The notes: a model not told the origin generated them from the letters alone. A DNA stretch of 64,000 nucleotides from Octopus vulgaris (GCA_951406725.2 OX597819.1:8742001-8806000); one strand, 5' to 3'. Shown: positions 13,514 through 27,366, numbered from the stretch's first letter. Numbers and translations: made by a program.

Positions 13514-13576
<63 letters not shown>

Positions 13577-13631
13577 CGGAGATGTACTCGCATAGCAAGT
13601 AATTTGATCTGAGATCGTGTGCTGAAACGAA

Positions 13632-13904
13632 AACAATTGCAGCGTAGAAGGTGTTTATAAGCCATTTAAGAAACACACAAAAGCCGTTCGATTCACTCCA
13701 ACATTTAAGTTTAATTTGTCAAAATATTTTCGTCGCTAAAATCCGCGACCTGTTCACTGACAAAGCACGGACTTTGTCAGTGAACAGGTCGCGGATTTTA
13801 GCGACGAAAATATTTTGACAAATTAAACTTAAATGTTGGAGTGAATCGAACGGCTTTTGTGTGTTTCTTAAATGGCTTATAAACACCTTCCACGCTGCAA
13901 TTGT

Positions 13905-13905
<1 letters not shown>
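13632..13905. repeat. 274-bp near-perfect palindrome between (TA)n arrays
   Basis: 134-bp arms, spacer cacgga at 13766-13771, one mismatch seen. Confidence 0.95.
13773..13822 (+). ncRNA. Type I hammerhead with G3-C8 core variant (mirror copy on - at 13715-13764)
   Basis: TTTGTCA-GTGAACA-G-GTCGC(ggatttta)GCGAC-GAAA-ATAT-TT-TGACAAA. Confidence 0.75.
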
Positions 13906-13976
<71 letters not shown>

Positions 13977-14024
13977 CATACATACATACATACATACATA
14001 CATACATACATACATAGACAGAGC

Positions 14025-14074
<50 letters not shown>

Positions 14075-16436
14075 TATACACGTACACAACATAGTTTTAT
14101 ATCTTTATTGAAAATGTAAAAATATGCTATAAATTTCTGATGACTAATTTTCTTCCAGCCAGATATTAATTGCAATAAGGATAGAACCTTTCCTTGCAGT
14201 TAAAATACCACTAAAACACCTGTCTTTACTCTTCCGATTATAATACACATAAACAACAGGCTGCACTGGGTAATTTTAAAATGAACTGAGCCATCAAATG
14301 TGTATATAGTCACTCCGCTTATTAGACTTTACAATGAATTGTCATCATTTTGTTGGTGGCAGAATATTAGAATATTAGCTTGAGATAGATATCAGTACTT
14401 CTAGTGAATCATTAGCGTCAGAGTAATTACTATGCAGTGAATATTCAAACACTCTATTGACTGGACGCTTAATCATACAGCTAAACTATAACAACAATAA
14501 CGTCTATGGCCAATTGGCACTGGAAAGCAATAGCTCTCTTGGGAAAAACCGAAATTAACAAATGTCAAACCATGTTCCTACTGAGATGAGCATCCGATTC
14601 GGTAGTAACTTCTTAGTAACTGTTAGTGGCGTGTGCTTTGTATAATTACAATAAACGTTTACTTAATTAGGTAGAAAATCTTCGACAAGCTAAGCTAAGC
14701 GCAGAGCCCATGGGTCACGAATGCAATATCAACAGCAAGATACGATCCTGCAAACATGGGAGATTAGAGTGAGATACCGTATTCACTTGAATCATGGTTC
14801 TCTCTGTATATATATAATGTATCCTTTCCACTTCATATAGTTTAGATAATAATTTGTGGCGCAAATTTAGTAAATGTTATAATAGGTAGGAATGAGATTG
14901 CATGGCATTCATATAGCTCTCTTCCAAACATACCATCAACAGTACTCTCCAGCGGCCCGTTTTAAGTTGGATCAATACATGAATACATTATCCTGCTTAT
15001 TACTCCACCAAATAATGCTCCGTTAATTTGATCATAATACAACATTTGTGTTACAAGTTAAATACTTGTTATCAGAATAACCATTCCAAATGTTAGTTCA
15101 TAATAAAATTGTGTGTAAAGGTAGAGATGAAGACTTCCGCTATCAAATCTCTTCAGTCCAGCGGTGATATTTATTTTCTTGGAACTAAAAGAGTGAATAC
15201 TTAAATCAACTTTGAGAGCACTCTAATTAGGGTTAGTATTGCACCACAGTGTAGTAAATAAAACATTCCAGTACTCTAGGAATCAGCAACACTTTATGTA
15301 ATAACCCAGTATATTTTTTAAAAAATTAATTTCGAATGAAATCAAATAGTACAAAGATTTAGTACATCCATACACTGATTGTCCATAAATTATCTTTATA
15401 ACTTCCACAACTCATTGTATTCTATCGTCTAGATGTGTTGCATGCAACCAATAAAGTTCACATAGATATATTCTGACATTTCTAATAAAACTTGGTTTAT
15501 CAATAAACTTTGCTGAGTTTTATTTTTCCTTTTTTCTAAATTTTTCAAATAGTAAAGGTAATTTATGGACACCCTGTATAATTTGGTTTTTGTTAAACAA
15601 GTCATTATTGTCCCATTATAGCTGCATATGATTTTCATAGGTTGATTCATCCGCTCTTTGAACACCATGTATATCAGAATGACTGTGAGAATTTGATTTG
15701 TCCTGTAAGCGTCTACATATCGTTGTACAAAATTTGTTGTATAATGGAAGACTGAATCTAAGTCACTGGGTTAGAACACATAGAAATCATTCGGGCTACT
15801 ACCTTAAATGTCACCAGAGAGCGAGATCTTAGATTTTCAGCATTCATTCATGCATCCACCAGAATGTGTCGAACTGCTTGACGATCAGAAATAAGTATCT
15901 ATGTTTCTTGCGACTGTGTATTTCTCTATGTGCATTTTATCCGTCTGCTTATGTACATGCCTGTTAGTGATTTGCTGACTGCCTGTCGTTGAATGGAATT
16001 TTGTAGCTATATATTTCTATGGTGGTTTGCGCTTCAGTGTACAGTCTAATCTTTGTTAAATGTTATAACAGAAATTGTAATTTGGCTTATGTGTTTCTAT
16101 GAGTGTGATTTGTGTCTGCGCCTTAGTTTCTGTATATGTATATTTATTACTTCGTTCGGCTGGTATATTACCTGTAGCCATCTCTTTTTTGCCTGGACTC
16201 CGTCTCCCTTCACTCGAATTTGAACTTTTGTTATCTGGTCTGGTATGAGCCTTTGTTGCCTACATCTATTATACGCCCCTCATTTTCATGTATTCTTACA
16301 AAGTATACTTACACACACACACTCACACACATACACATATTTATATGCATATACATACACATACATGCATACATATAACGATGCGTATATACATGTACAT
16401 ATCTATGCAAACATATGTGTTTGTGTATGATTGCGA

Positions 16437-16548
<112 letters not shown>

Positions 16549-16711
16549 GTATATATAAGAATGTATAAAATATTTTTATACACAAAGAGGAAACCATTGA
16601 CCGGACTCCTTACATGCTAAAAAGGCCAGTTAAAACCCCAAACCACGAAAAAGAGAATTCATGAGGCACGCCGTTATAACACTAGAACGAACAAAAATAT
16701 GAATTAGTTAA

Positions 16712-16779
16712 TCCCGAACTCGAGTTTCGCTATTAATTACCAAATAAATTCATTTCGAATCTGTAGCTCATCAGCGGAA
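16712..16779 (-). ncRNA. Canonical type I hammerhead ribozyme
   Basis: TTCCG-CTGATGA-GCTA(31 nt)TAGC-GAAA-CTCGAG-TT-CGGGA; palindromic helix III ACTCGAGT; the element runs into the (TA)n array at ~16437-16535. Confidence 0.85.
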
Positions 16780-16974
16780 ACGCTAATTATTGAATAATTA
16801 TGTATAAATAAAAAATTCGAAATAAGAACGTAACGAACGACAATAACAACATATGGACAGGTAGACGATACAAACACCTTGATGCACCCACCCTCTTTGC
16901 AATATACTTTGTTGTTGTGTTGCCACATGCTTTTCAAAACTCTCAGGAGGGTATTTACATAAAATATCGAACAA

Positions 16975-17324
16975 TAGGAAGAATGGAATAAGATCACCCA
17001 GCAAGAAATTGAAAATTTAATTTCCTCATGCAGTCGAAGATGTCAGAGTGTGATTGAAGCTAAAGGGCTTCACACTAAATATTAAATAATTCCAGTATTC
17101 TCTGTCATTTTTGATTATTTTGTTATTTTTTCAACCGTTCTGATCATTTTGGCCGCCATGGGTTTTGCAATAAATCACTAAATCATCCATAACTTTTGTA
17201 TTATCCTCTCAAATTACACCAAATTCTCAGACAATAACAATTATAGAATATAAAACAACTTTGATAAAAACTTATAATTACTTTTCTTACGAAAATAATG
17301 CCGTTCTGAACATTTTGGCCGCAA

Positions 17325-17327
<3 letters not shown>
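16975..17327 (+). mobile_element. Tc1-like transposon 3' end
   Basis: EWNKITQQEIENLISSCSRRCQSVIEAKGLHTKY*; repeated gttctga.cattttggccgc motif (IR/DR-type TIR); terminus ...caactg|TA. Confidence 0.8.
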
Positions 17328-17370
<43 letters not shown>

Positions 17371-17499
17371 ATGTGTGTGTGTATGTGTGAGTGTGTGTGT
17401 GTGTGTGTGTTTGTATATATGTATATATATACATATATACATATGTATATGTAAATATATATATGTATGTATATATGTATATATATATATATTTATATA

Positions 17500-17575
<76 letters not shown>

Positions 17576-17618
17576 CCATATATATATATATATACATATA
17601 TACATACATAGATACATA

Positions 17619-17649
<31 letters not shown>

Positions 17650-18349
17650 TCTTTTGTCTGCATATGCATGCGTGTTCATTGACATATTAAATTGTGCTTG
17701 TCTGAAATTAAGAAATTACAAGTTTCAAGCAACTTAGAATGTGGAGAAGGCTTCAGTGGAATGTCCTTATGTCTCTTGTAACCCATATCAAATACAGACT
17801 TTGGAAATTTATTCTACCGCAAACGTTTTCTCATTTTTGAATTGAATGAAAATTAAATAACAGCAGTAAACAAAGGACACGAATTACTTGGAGATGTTAA
17901 AAAATATATACGAGGCAATAATGATCTAGAAAACAAAAATTTCAATAATTAAGCTAAGAAACAGCAAAAGAAGAGATAGAACTATAGATGAAATTTGAAT
18001 AAAGAATAGTGATAATAAATATACAATTCCACCAGAGAGGAATTTAGCGCGAAAATGGCAGGAATAAATCAATGAGCAGACGACAGCTCAAAAGATATCA
18101 ACAATAGACATTGTAGAGTAAGGACAACTGTAATTTGTTAATTGAGACCCAGAGTTCAGCGTCGATTAAATTAACCCTCTTAAAACTGCTTGAAATTCTT
18201 TGTACTGAATATTCGATAACAAGATTCTGTTGCAAAAATAATTTGATAGATGTATTTCTTCTGGGAGAACATATGAGAATGTCTGGAATCTTTACGTTCG
18301 TAGAAAAAAAGCCTATCAATACACACACACTCACACACACACACACACA

Positions 18350-18439
<90 letters not shown>

Positions 18440-18784
18440 CTGGAAATATATGTATAGCCATATACATACAAAATCAATTTCTTAGCATGCGTATTTATAT
18501 TTTTGTAAACGGGACAATCAAGAAAATTCTTTGTGATGTTTGTTCAAATACTATCAGGTTCTACTTTTAATTTTCTTCCATCTTGGTCGGTGTGATGAAT
18601 GTTAGAATTGGCCTGAGGTGCTTCAAATGCTTATGTGAAGTGTTTGACTTTCTGCAAGAGCAGTTAGATATTCATATATTTTAAATATTATAGCAAAATA
18701 TGTGGATTTAATAATTTGCGATATTTTCAACATCATAAATACCCACAGTAGGAATATATGTAGCAATTAGAAAATAATAACAGT

Positions 18785-18960
18785 AGTAACGTTTATATGC
18801 CAATAGAACATGGCAGTCCTATAAAGGACGATGTTACTGTTGCTATAGCCCCAAGAAAAAGACCTTTTCCAGCTGGCTATCAACACACAGTTTGTGTCCG
18901 TATGGCATTCGCAAGCCTTACGTGTTATTCACAGACCTGGGTTTCTAGGTGGTTACCTAT
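18785..18960 (-). mobile_element. Dispersed repeat, probably the 3' end of a non-LTR retroelement
   Basis: Homologous to 62100-62240 (inverted) and 36105-36250; shared ccagctggctat and tagcccca motifs. Confidence 0.5.
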
Positions 18961-19504
18961 CTTCAGTGTGAGATAATCACAGATTAGTGACAAAAGCTTT
19001 CTCCACTTGCAGATGCTATATACTTTTTAAGCGACGCACAGTCGCTGGTCTCGTATAGAGAAAAACAACTTGTTTTAAATCTCTGAGTGAGTGAGTGAGG
19101 GATATACAGTAAGAGTACGAAAGTCAACTATCGTTGTTCGTTATCCGAGCACGCCAGAAAGATAACATCGGATGTCACTGCAATACCACACTTAATCAGC
19201 AACAATATAGGCTCTGCTGGCAATGGATGGTAGTATAGTAGCTACCTTGCCACATAGAATGTTTATAGACATTTCAATGATACCGGTTCATTTAAAGTTA
19301 CTGCCACTCATTTAAATGACAACTTTATTATACTGGAACATTGATTAGGTAATAAAATGTCAGATATTTTCATATGTAGCATAGTTTCAGTTTACTAATG
19401 GAAAAAGAAAACGCATATATGTTATATGTAATATATTATAATATTTTAAGATATGATGAAAACAATACGATATGCATTAGAGAGGAACATCATGACAGCA
19501 GATA

Positions 19505-19898
19505 TCTTTATATATAAAAGTGAGGTTGTGTGCTGTCTGTCTCCTACGATTTAGATTCCTAACTACTCCCACATTTTGCGGTGCAGTTTAACCAAAACCG
19601 GGTATCTTATAGTCGTGATTCATATCGAGCCCTTCTGGGTATTAGCGCGCGTCTACGATGAGTCTACGATTTTTAAAAAATTTACCATCAATTTTTCCCA
19701 TTTTTAATGCATTTTTGGCATATATAAGGGAAGTAACTCTCTAAAAATTTATTATTAAATCTCAGAACGTAAAAAGCTACAGTAATCCCCCCCTTTGTGG
19801 TTAGCCATATTGAGACGGCTATTATACTTTACATCTCTAAAAATGCTTATATAGTTATTTCCCTTACAAACTCGAGCAACGCCGGGCGATACTGCTAG
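19505..19898 (+). mobile_element. Non-autonomous Helitron, family H1
   Basis: A|TC start, subterminal hairpin ctcgagcaacgccggg, CTAG|T end; five copies in the window. Confidence 0.88.
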
Positions 19899-19916
19899 TA
19901 TATTATAAAGGCACAG

Positions 19917-20130
19917 ATGCACATGATCATGCCACCCAGCACAAACATATACTGCCTAGACAGAAAAATTTATACTATTGTTGATGATGTAGGTACCGTG
20001 AACAAACGACGCGCAGAACTGAAAGGAATTCTCCACAAGCAAAACTGTCTACCTCTACTTATAGAGAGTGACATTATGCAACATGCAAAACAAGTACTTA
20101 AGAACAAATTAGTACAACTCAAGAAAGAGA
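19917..20130 (+). pseudogene. PLE RT-thumb remnant
   Basis: NIYCLDRKIYTIVDDVGTVNKRRAELKGILHKQNCLPLLIE aligns to NIPFNLAKRICTIVSNANTRDTRLQELKDTLITRNYPPSLID of the 28-kb PLE. Confidence 0.65.
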
Positions 20131-20384
20131 AACACAAGACCAGAATATCACACCTTTTATAGGGAAACAATTCAATTTCAATGTCTTGTGTTATTTGTCC
20201 TCTACTCTTTTATATTTTTGTTGTTTAAGAAAAATTTCCAGTTCCTTGGGTTTGTGTCTCTGTTTTCATTTCTCAGTGTACGACGTTTTTTTTTGGTGTC
20301 CTGTACTCATATATGCGTGTATATATACATGTAGAGGTAGGTACGTACATATATGTATATATATATATGCATATGTTTTATTTG

Positions 20385-20464
<80 letters not shown>

Positions 20465-21154
20465 TATATATATATGTATGTATAAACATATATATACATA
20501 TCTATATATATAGGTATATACGTATGTGTGTATGTATGTATGCATGTGTGATTGTTTGTCTGTGCATGTGAGTGTGGTGGTGGTGGTGGCGTTTAGTGTG
20601 GATACATATATAAACATTTCTTCTACTTAACATCGAATCTGCTTAATATCAGTAAACAAATATGCCAAAAGCTGTATTTGATAGAAAACAAATTCCATAT
20701 TGTTTATGTAACCCATAACAACACAAATGATTCATAATGAAATTTGGCGTAATATATTTCTTAGGTTGTTCGATTCTATGTTATTCTAGATAATACCTCG
20801 CGGATTTGTGCAAGTCGACTATTTTTGTAGTAACACACGATGCATCTGTTATACACCCATCACAATGCCAATTGCAATTTATGTACATTTATCTCCACCT
20901 CTCAGACTTAATTGACAGTTTTACTCTGCACGGTGTCTATGCTTCTGTCTCTCATGTGCCCTCTCTCTTCGTCTACCATGTAGATATATATATGTGTGTT
21001 TGTGTGTGTGTATGTGCGCGTGTGAGAGAGAGACTGTGTGTGTGTGTTTGTATGTATGTACGTATGTATGTGGGGTTTATATAATATATAGGCATATTTA
21101 TGTGTGTATAGTCCCTCTAGCGTCTAGCGTCTGACCTCTGCCTGAAGTCAGAAC

Positions 21155-21359
21155 GCCATGATAGATCGTTAGCTCCTACACGCATTTTTTCTCTCCTTGT
21201 TTCTCTCCTTCTTTTTTTCTGTGTATCTTTCTGTCGAAGAGCGTAGGCTCGAAACGTAAAAGACTTGTTCTATTTCTATTCCTTAGCGCCATACTAATAC
21301 ATTTGTTTGTTTGTACTCCACCTGCCTTCGTCTTTTGTTTATTTTCGTAAACCTTCCCG

Positions 21360-21360
<1 letters not shown>
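21155..21360 (+). mobile_element. Second copy of the ~210-bp HHR element
   Basis: Homologous to 5784-5992, followed by (TA)n. Confidence 0.8.
21226..21263 (+). ncRNA. Minimal type I hammerhead motif, A6U variant
   Basis: TCTTT-CTGTCGA-A-GAGC(gtag)GCTC-GAAA-CG-TA-AAAGA. Confidence 0.65.
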
Positions 21361-21426
<66 letters not shown>

Positions 21427-21513
21427 TAAATATATATACATACTCTCATTATGCACACATGCTGATATGTACGTATATAACATTCGCTGCATACATACAA
21501 GCATATATGTGCA

Positions 21514-21565
<52 letters not shown>

Positions 21566-22097
21566 CTTTTGCGGTTTATACAAGAATTTTTCTTAACAGC
21601 ATGCAAGACATTCAGAAAGCGGCAAAATCAGTTTTGTACCTGCATGTATCTGAGCCTGCATGTGTGGATAAAACTGCAAGCATTTAGTGGGTATACATGT
21701 CACTACTGTGCAAAAGTTTGTCTGCTTTTTTTACTATTTGCGTGTGCCCGTGTATGCGTTTTTCTTACGTAGATTTGGATATGTGCATACATTTATGTTG
21801 GCACTGCAAATGCGGAATCACTGGAATGCTTTAGTAACTTTTAGCGTACCGGAAACTTAATGGCAATAGGAGGATGCCAACCAGTTTGCAACGGTCTTCT
21901 ACGGAGAATCCCCAGCATTCTACGCTTTTATGTAAATTTCTCGTAAGTAATCCATTGCAGGTATGCTATAGCCCGTTTGTTATAGGTACAATTAAAAATC
22001 TCTAGCCTGGCTATAAGAGCTGTCAGTTTTTCATTAGTTCTCAATAAGTGTCCTTCGTTTCGGAGGAAGGTTTTTATGTCAATTAATTAAATAGATA

Positions 22098-22500
22098 GGT
22101 GCAGGAGTGGCTGTGTGGTAAGTAGCTTGCCTACCAACCACATGGTTCCGGGTTCAGTCCCACTGCGTGGCATCTTGGGCAAGTGTCTTCTGCTATAGCC
22201 CCGGGCCAACCAAAGCCTTGTGAGTGGATTTGGTAGACGGAAACTGAAAGAAGCTTGTCGTATATATGTATATATATATATGTATGTGTGTGTGTGTGTT
22301 TGTGTGTCTGTGTTTGTCCCCCTAGCATTGCTTGACAACCGATCTTGGTGTGTTTACGTCCCCGTCACTTAGCGGTTCGGCAAAAGAGACCGATAAAATA
22401 AGTACTGGGCTTACAAAGAATAAGTCCCGGGGTCGATTTGTTCGAGTAAAGGCGGTGCTTCAGCATGGCCGCAGTCAAATGACTGAAACAAGTAAAGAGT
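22098..22500 (+). mobile_element. SINE family A
   Basis: Full-length match to 2093-2500. Confidence 0.9.
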
Positions 22501-23079
22501 ATATCAAAGACTAACGCGCAGATCATGTACGTATGTACTTATGTATGTATGTATGTATGTATGTATGTATGTATGTATGTATGTATGTATGTATGTGTAC
22601 GTGTTTTAGTGTACAAATGGTTGGAATATATTTCTGAGTATGTGAAGTAAAGCATATATTTTTGTTCAAATTTGGTGAATCCTTCCGTCACTATTCAGTA
22701 TTTCTTGCAAGAGGCCGTTCCCTGTTAGGTAAAGATATGCATCCCAAATATTAAACTTCATGATAAATTAGCGACAGTGAAATTACAAATCTGGTTATAT
22801 GAGATTTAAGGGAAACAGTCGCAAGCATAAATATCACTAGAGTAAATAAAATAATAAATGGAGGAGCTACAATTTCTAAAATGCTAATTGACTTCCTCCT
22901 CTGATATCCTCAAATATGAATATCAAAACTAACCCAAAAAATATTGAAAAATAAAGTCATAAAAATAGATGTAAATACAAAAACAGAAGTCTCACTCCTT
23001 AAGGAAATCAATAACAAAAGACGCCATAACAGTTTAGAAAAAGATACAAAAGACTACAGAAGTAAAGTATAATATAATC

Positions 23080-23225
23080 CTTCCTGCTATAGGCACAAGG
23101 CCTGAAATTGTTGGTCAGGGAGATAGTCGATGACATCAACTCCAATATTCAACTGGTACTTATTTTATCGATCTCGAGAGGTTGAAGGGCGAAGGTGACT
23201 TCGGCGGAATTTGAACGTAAAAATG
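23080..23225 (-). mobile_element. SINE family B fragment
   Basis: ggcacaaggcctgaaat...aactggtacttattttatcga...cggcggaatttgaac. Confidence 0.7.
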
Positions 23226-23455
23226 AATGGAAGGTCACTAAGATTGAAGAATTCTGAAGAAAGCTACAATCATCGAAAGAATTATTACGAAAGAGATCGC
23301 TTAAAACAACAGACACGGTTCTTCAATAATCATGGAAGGTTATACCAATCCAAGAAGTAGCTGAGATGCTATAAAATAGATGGCTCCAGGAAATTATCAG
23401 TTTTTATGCTGTTGTTTGAAATATTTAGAGGGTGCGCGTAAAGTACTCCCAGAAA

Positions 23456-23849
23456 TCTTTATATATAAAAGTGAGGTTGCGTGATGTCTGTTTCCTACGA
23501 TTTAGATTCCTAACTACTCCCACATTTTGCGGTGCAGTTTAACCAAAACCGGGTATCTTATAGACGTGATTCATATCGAGCCCTTCTGGGTATTAGCGCG
23601 CGTCTACGATGAGTCTACGATTTTAAAAAAATTTACCATCAATTTTTCCCATTTTTAATGCATTTTTGGCATATATAAGGGAAGTAACTCTCTAAAAATT
23701 TATTATTAAATCTCAGAACGTAAAAAGCTACAGTAACACCCCCCTTTGTAGTTAGCCATATTGAGATGGCTATTATACTTTACATCTCTAAAAATGCTTA
23801 TATAGTTATTTCCCTTACAAACCCGAGCAACGTCGGGCGATACTGCTAG
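23456..23849 (+). mobile_element. Non-autonomous Helitron H1
   Basis: A|TC...cccgagcaacgtcggg...CTAG|T; near-identical to 19505-19898. Confidence 0.88.
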
Positions 23850-24027
23850 TATTTAATAAGATACAGAAAGGGCCAGTAACAGACCCTGGGTGCTTTACTA
23901 AAGCGAGTAAACCATCTGCTTGACCAACACTAAAAAAGAAACACCAAACCATATACTTCTACAGACTCATGAGCAGCCCTCCTAAACCTCCAAAAGTTTG
24001 CAATAATCTCACAGCTAATGAAAATTA

Positions 24028-24127
24028 CACTGCGTGGCATCTTGGGCAAGTGTCTTCTGCTATAGCCCCGGGCTGACCAATGCCTTGTGAGTGGATTTGG
24101 TAGACGGAAACTGAAAGAAGCCCGTCG

Positions 24128-24213
<86 letters not shown>

Positions 24214-24425
24214 TGTGTGTGTGTCTGTGTTTGTCCCCCTAGCATTTCTTGACAACCAATGCTGGTGTGTTTACGTCCCCGTCACTTAGCGGTTCGGCAA
24301 AAGAGACCGATGGTATAAGTACTGGGCTTACAAAGAATAAGACCCGGGGTCGATTTGCTCGACTAAAGGCGGTGCTCCAGCATGGCCGCAGTCAAATGAC
24401 TGAAACAAGTAAAAGAGTAAAAGAG
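24028..24425 (+). mobile_element. SINE family A, 5'-truncated
   Basis: Begins at cactgcgtggc. Confidence 0.88.
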
Positions 24426-24532
24426 AAAGAGAGGATAAATGCATTTTCAGAAGGAAAAATTACATTTATCGCTCGACTTTTCACATACTAAATCAAAACT
24501 GAAAGTCGTCTGTTGCTAGAGAAAGAGTCGTT

Positions 24533-24606
24533 CCTTATTTACTGTGGTTAACCCCGACTCAACCCGGGACCTACATATATATATATATATATATATACAT
24601 ATGTAA

Positions 24607-24664
<58 letters not shown>

Positions 24665-25017
24665 TGATAGATAGATTCAGATGAATATAGTATTTAAGTT
24701 AAAGGCACCAGTATTTGGTATGGTATTATCCATATAAATCAAATGGGGTGATTATAATCAAAATAAGCAACAACAATATCCAAGTACAATTGTTTCATGC
24801 TACTTCCTTTTATTAAACACTGTATTATATCAATTTTAAAATGTCGAGCATAAATAAGTATAAAAATGTATGTTGTCCATTTAATTAACAAAATCTATAT
24901 GTGGCTGAAGATTGCTCGACATTTTAAAACTGATGTAATACATACAGTGGTTAATAAAATGAAGTAGCATGAAACTATTGTACTACACTACCTTGGATAT
25001 CCTTGTTGCTTATTTTG

Positions 25018-25059
<42 letters not shown>

Positions 25060-25681
25060 GTGTAGGAAGAAATGGAGCTGAACGAAGATTTAACAAAATT
25101 CCTTTTTATTATTTTCTACATATGGGACTTTGCAGCCTTTGAAACATATGTAGAAAATATTAAAAAGGAATTTTGTTAAATCTTCGTTCAGCTCCATTTC
25201 TTCCTACACTAAATATATAAACTTCAAATTTCCGCACTAAGGCACGGGTTTGAGACCCCATGGTCGTAACCTCAACCGTGATTTTTCTGTTGTGATTTTT
25301 GCTACCCAGGTATCGGTTATATTTTGAATAATCCGTAACAAGATAATTCATTTATCCATTTCAATATATATATTTATTGAAATGGATAAATGAATTATCT
25401 TGTTACGGATTATTCAATAGATAACCGATACCTGGGTAGCAAAAATCACAACAGAAAAATCACGGTTGAGGTTACGACCATGGGGTCTCAAACCCGTGCC
25501 TTAGTGCGGAAATTTGAAGTTTATATATTTAGTGTAGGAAGAAATGGAGCTGAACGAAGATTTAACAAAATTCCTTTTTAATATTTTCTACATATGTTTC
25601 AAAGGCTGCAAAGTCCCATATGTAGAAAATAATAAAAAGGAATTTTCTTAAATCTTCGTTCAGCTCCATTTCTTCCTACAC

Positions 25682-25741
<60 letters not shown>

Positions 25742-26104
25742 CAAAATAAGCAACAAGGATATCCAAGGTAGTGTAGTACAATAGTTTCATGCTACTTCAT
25801 TTTATTAACCACTGTAAGTATTACATCAGTTTTAAAATGTCGAGCAATCTTCAGCCACATATAGATTTTGTTAATTAAATGGACAACGTACATTTTTATA
25901 CTTATTTATGCTCGACATTTTAAAATTGATATAATACAGTGTTTAATAAAAGGAAGTAGCATGAAACAATTGTACTTGGATATCCTTGTTGCTTATTTTG
26001 ATTATAATCACCCCATTTGATTTATATGGATAATACCATACCAAATACTGGTGCCTTTAACTTAAATACTATATTCATCTGAATCTATCTATCAAATCTA
26101 TTTA

Positions 26105-26164
<60 letters not shown>

Positions 26165-26169
26165 TTTAC

Positions 26170-26212
<43 letters not shown>

Positions 26213-26251
26213 GGTCCCGGGTTGAGTCGGGGTTAACCACAGTAAATAAGG
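24533..26251. repeat. ~1.7-kb palindrome with nested inverted repeats
   Basis: ccttatttactgtggttaacccc... at 24533 mirrors ...ggggttaaccacagtaaataagg ending at 26251; centre ~25370. ORFs 25160-25351(-) and 25390-25581(+) are near-identical. Confidence 0.95.
24900..24987 (+). ncRNA. Type I hammerhead, long helix II (mirror copy on - at 25772-25859)
   Basis: TGTGG-CTGAAGA-tTGCT...AGCAt-GAAA-CTATTG-TA-CTACA; a sister partial copy has palindromic CAATTG. Confidence 0.75.
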
Positions 26252-26357
26252 TACTCAATACATAAAGCAGAGTAAATTATATATATATATATATATATAT
26301 ATACACAAAACCGGAGTGGTAAATATACTGGTGGCATTTGGTAAAGCTATCGAATAT

Positions 26358-26421
26358 AGCGCCGATGACGGAATTCAAACTAATTTTTTCTATGTTTGCG
26401 ATCCAGAAACACGTGTTCGCT
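26358..26421 (+). ncRNA. Type I hammerhead, U4C variant, inside a 28-bp inverted repeat
   Basis: AGCG-CCGATGA-cGGA..caaac..gtttg..TCCa-GAAA-CACGTG-TT-CGCT; flanking IR 26301-26328 / 26445-26472. Confidence 0.7.
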
Positions 26422-26728
26422 CTTAACGGTAAGTGACTGATTTCGTATATTTACCACTCCGGTTTTGTGTATGTGAGCCGTAAGGGCCTTCGTTTTTGGA
26501 ATCTCCACTTATAGAAAATGGAAAAAACGGTCTTTGACTGCCATTTCTAATTCCTTCGGTATGAGGCGAAACAGCCTGCTGCTAGCCATCTTATTTTTTC
26601 TTTACTATATACTGAACCTTACAAAGGTCCTGACAATTAATTTGTCGTATTTACATACCGAAATTTACCGGTAAATAATTGTTGGTTACATGAAAAACCA
26701 CAGGAAAATTATTTACCATTTTTATTGC

Positions 26729-26797
<69 letters not shown>

Positions 26798-26802
26798 GTA
26801 AA

Positions 26803-27195
<393 letters not shown>

Positions 27196-27227
27196 ATACA
27201 TACATATATTTATATATATATACATAC

Positions 27228-27279
<52 letters not shown>

Positions 27280-27328
27280 AAACAAGTAAAAAATAGAAAA
27301 TGCTAAAATAATTTTATAGTAAACATTT

Positions 27329-27366
27329 CAGTACCGGTTTCGGTCATTTTGAGACCTTTTCAACTG
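27329..27366 (-). ncRNA. Minimal hammerhead, U3-A8 variant, in the PLE 3' pLTR
   Basis: CAG-TTGAAAA-GGTC(tcaaaat)GACC-GAAA-CCGG-TA-CTG. Confidence 0.8.

Noticed and set aside
25160-25581. Twin 63-aa ORFs on opposite strands
   Set aside because: A consequence of the palindrome; no protein features.
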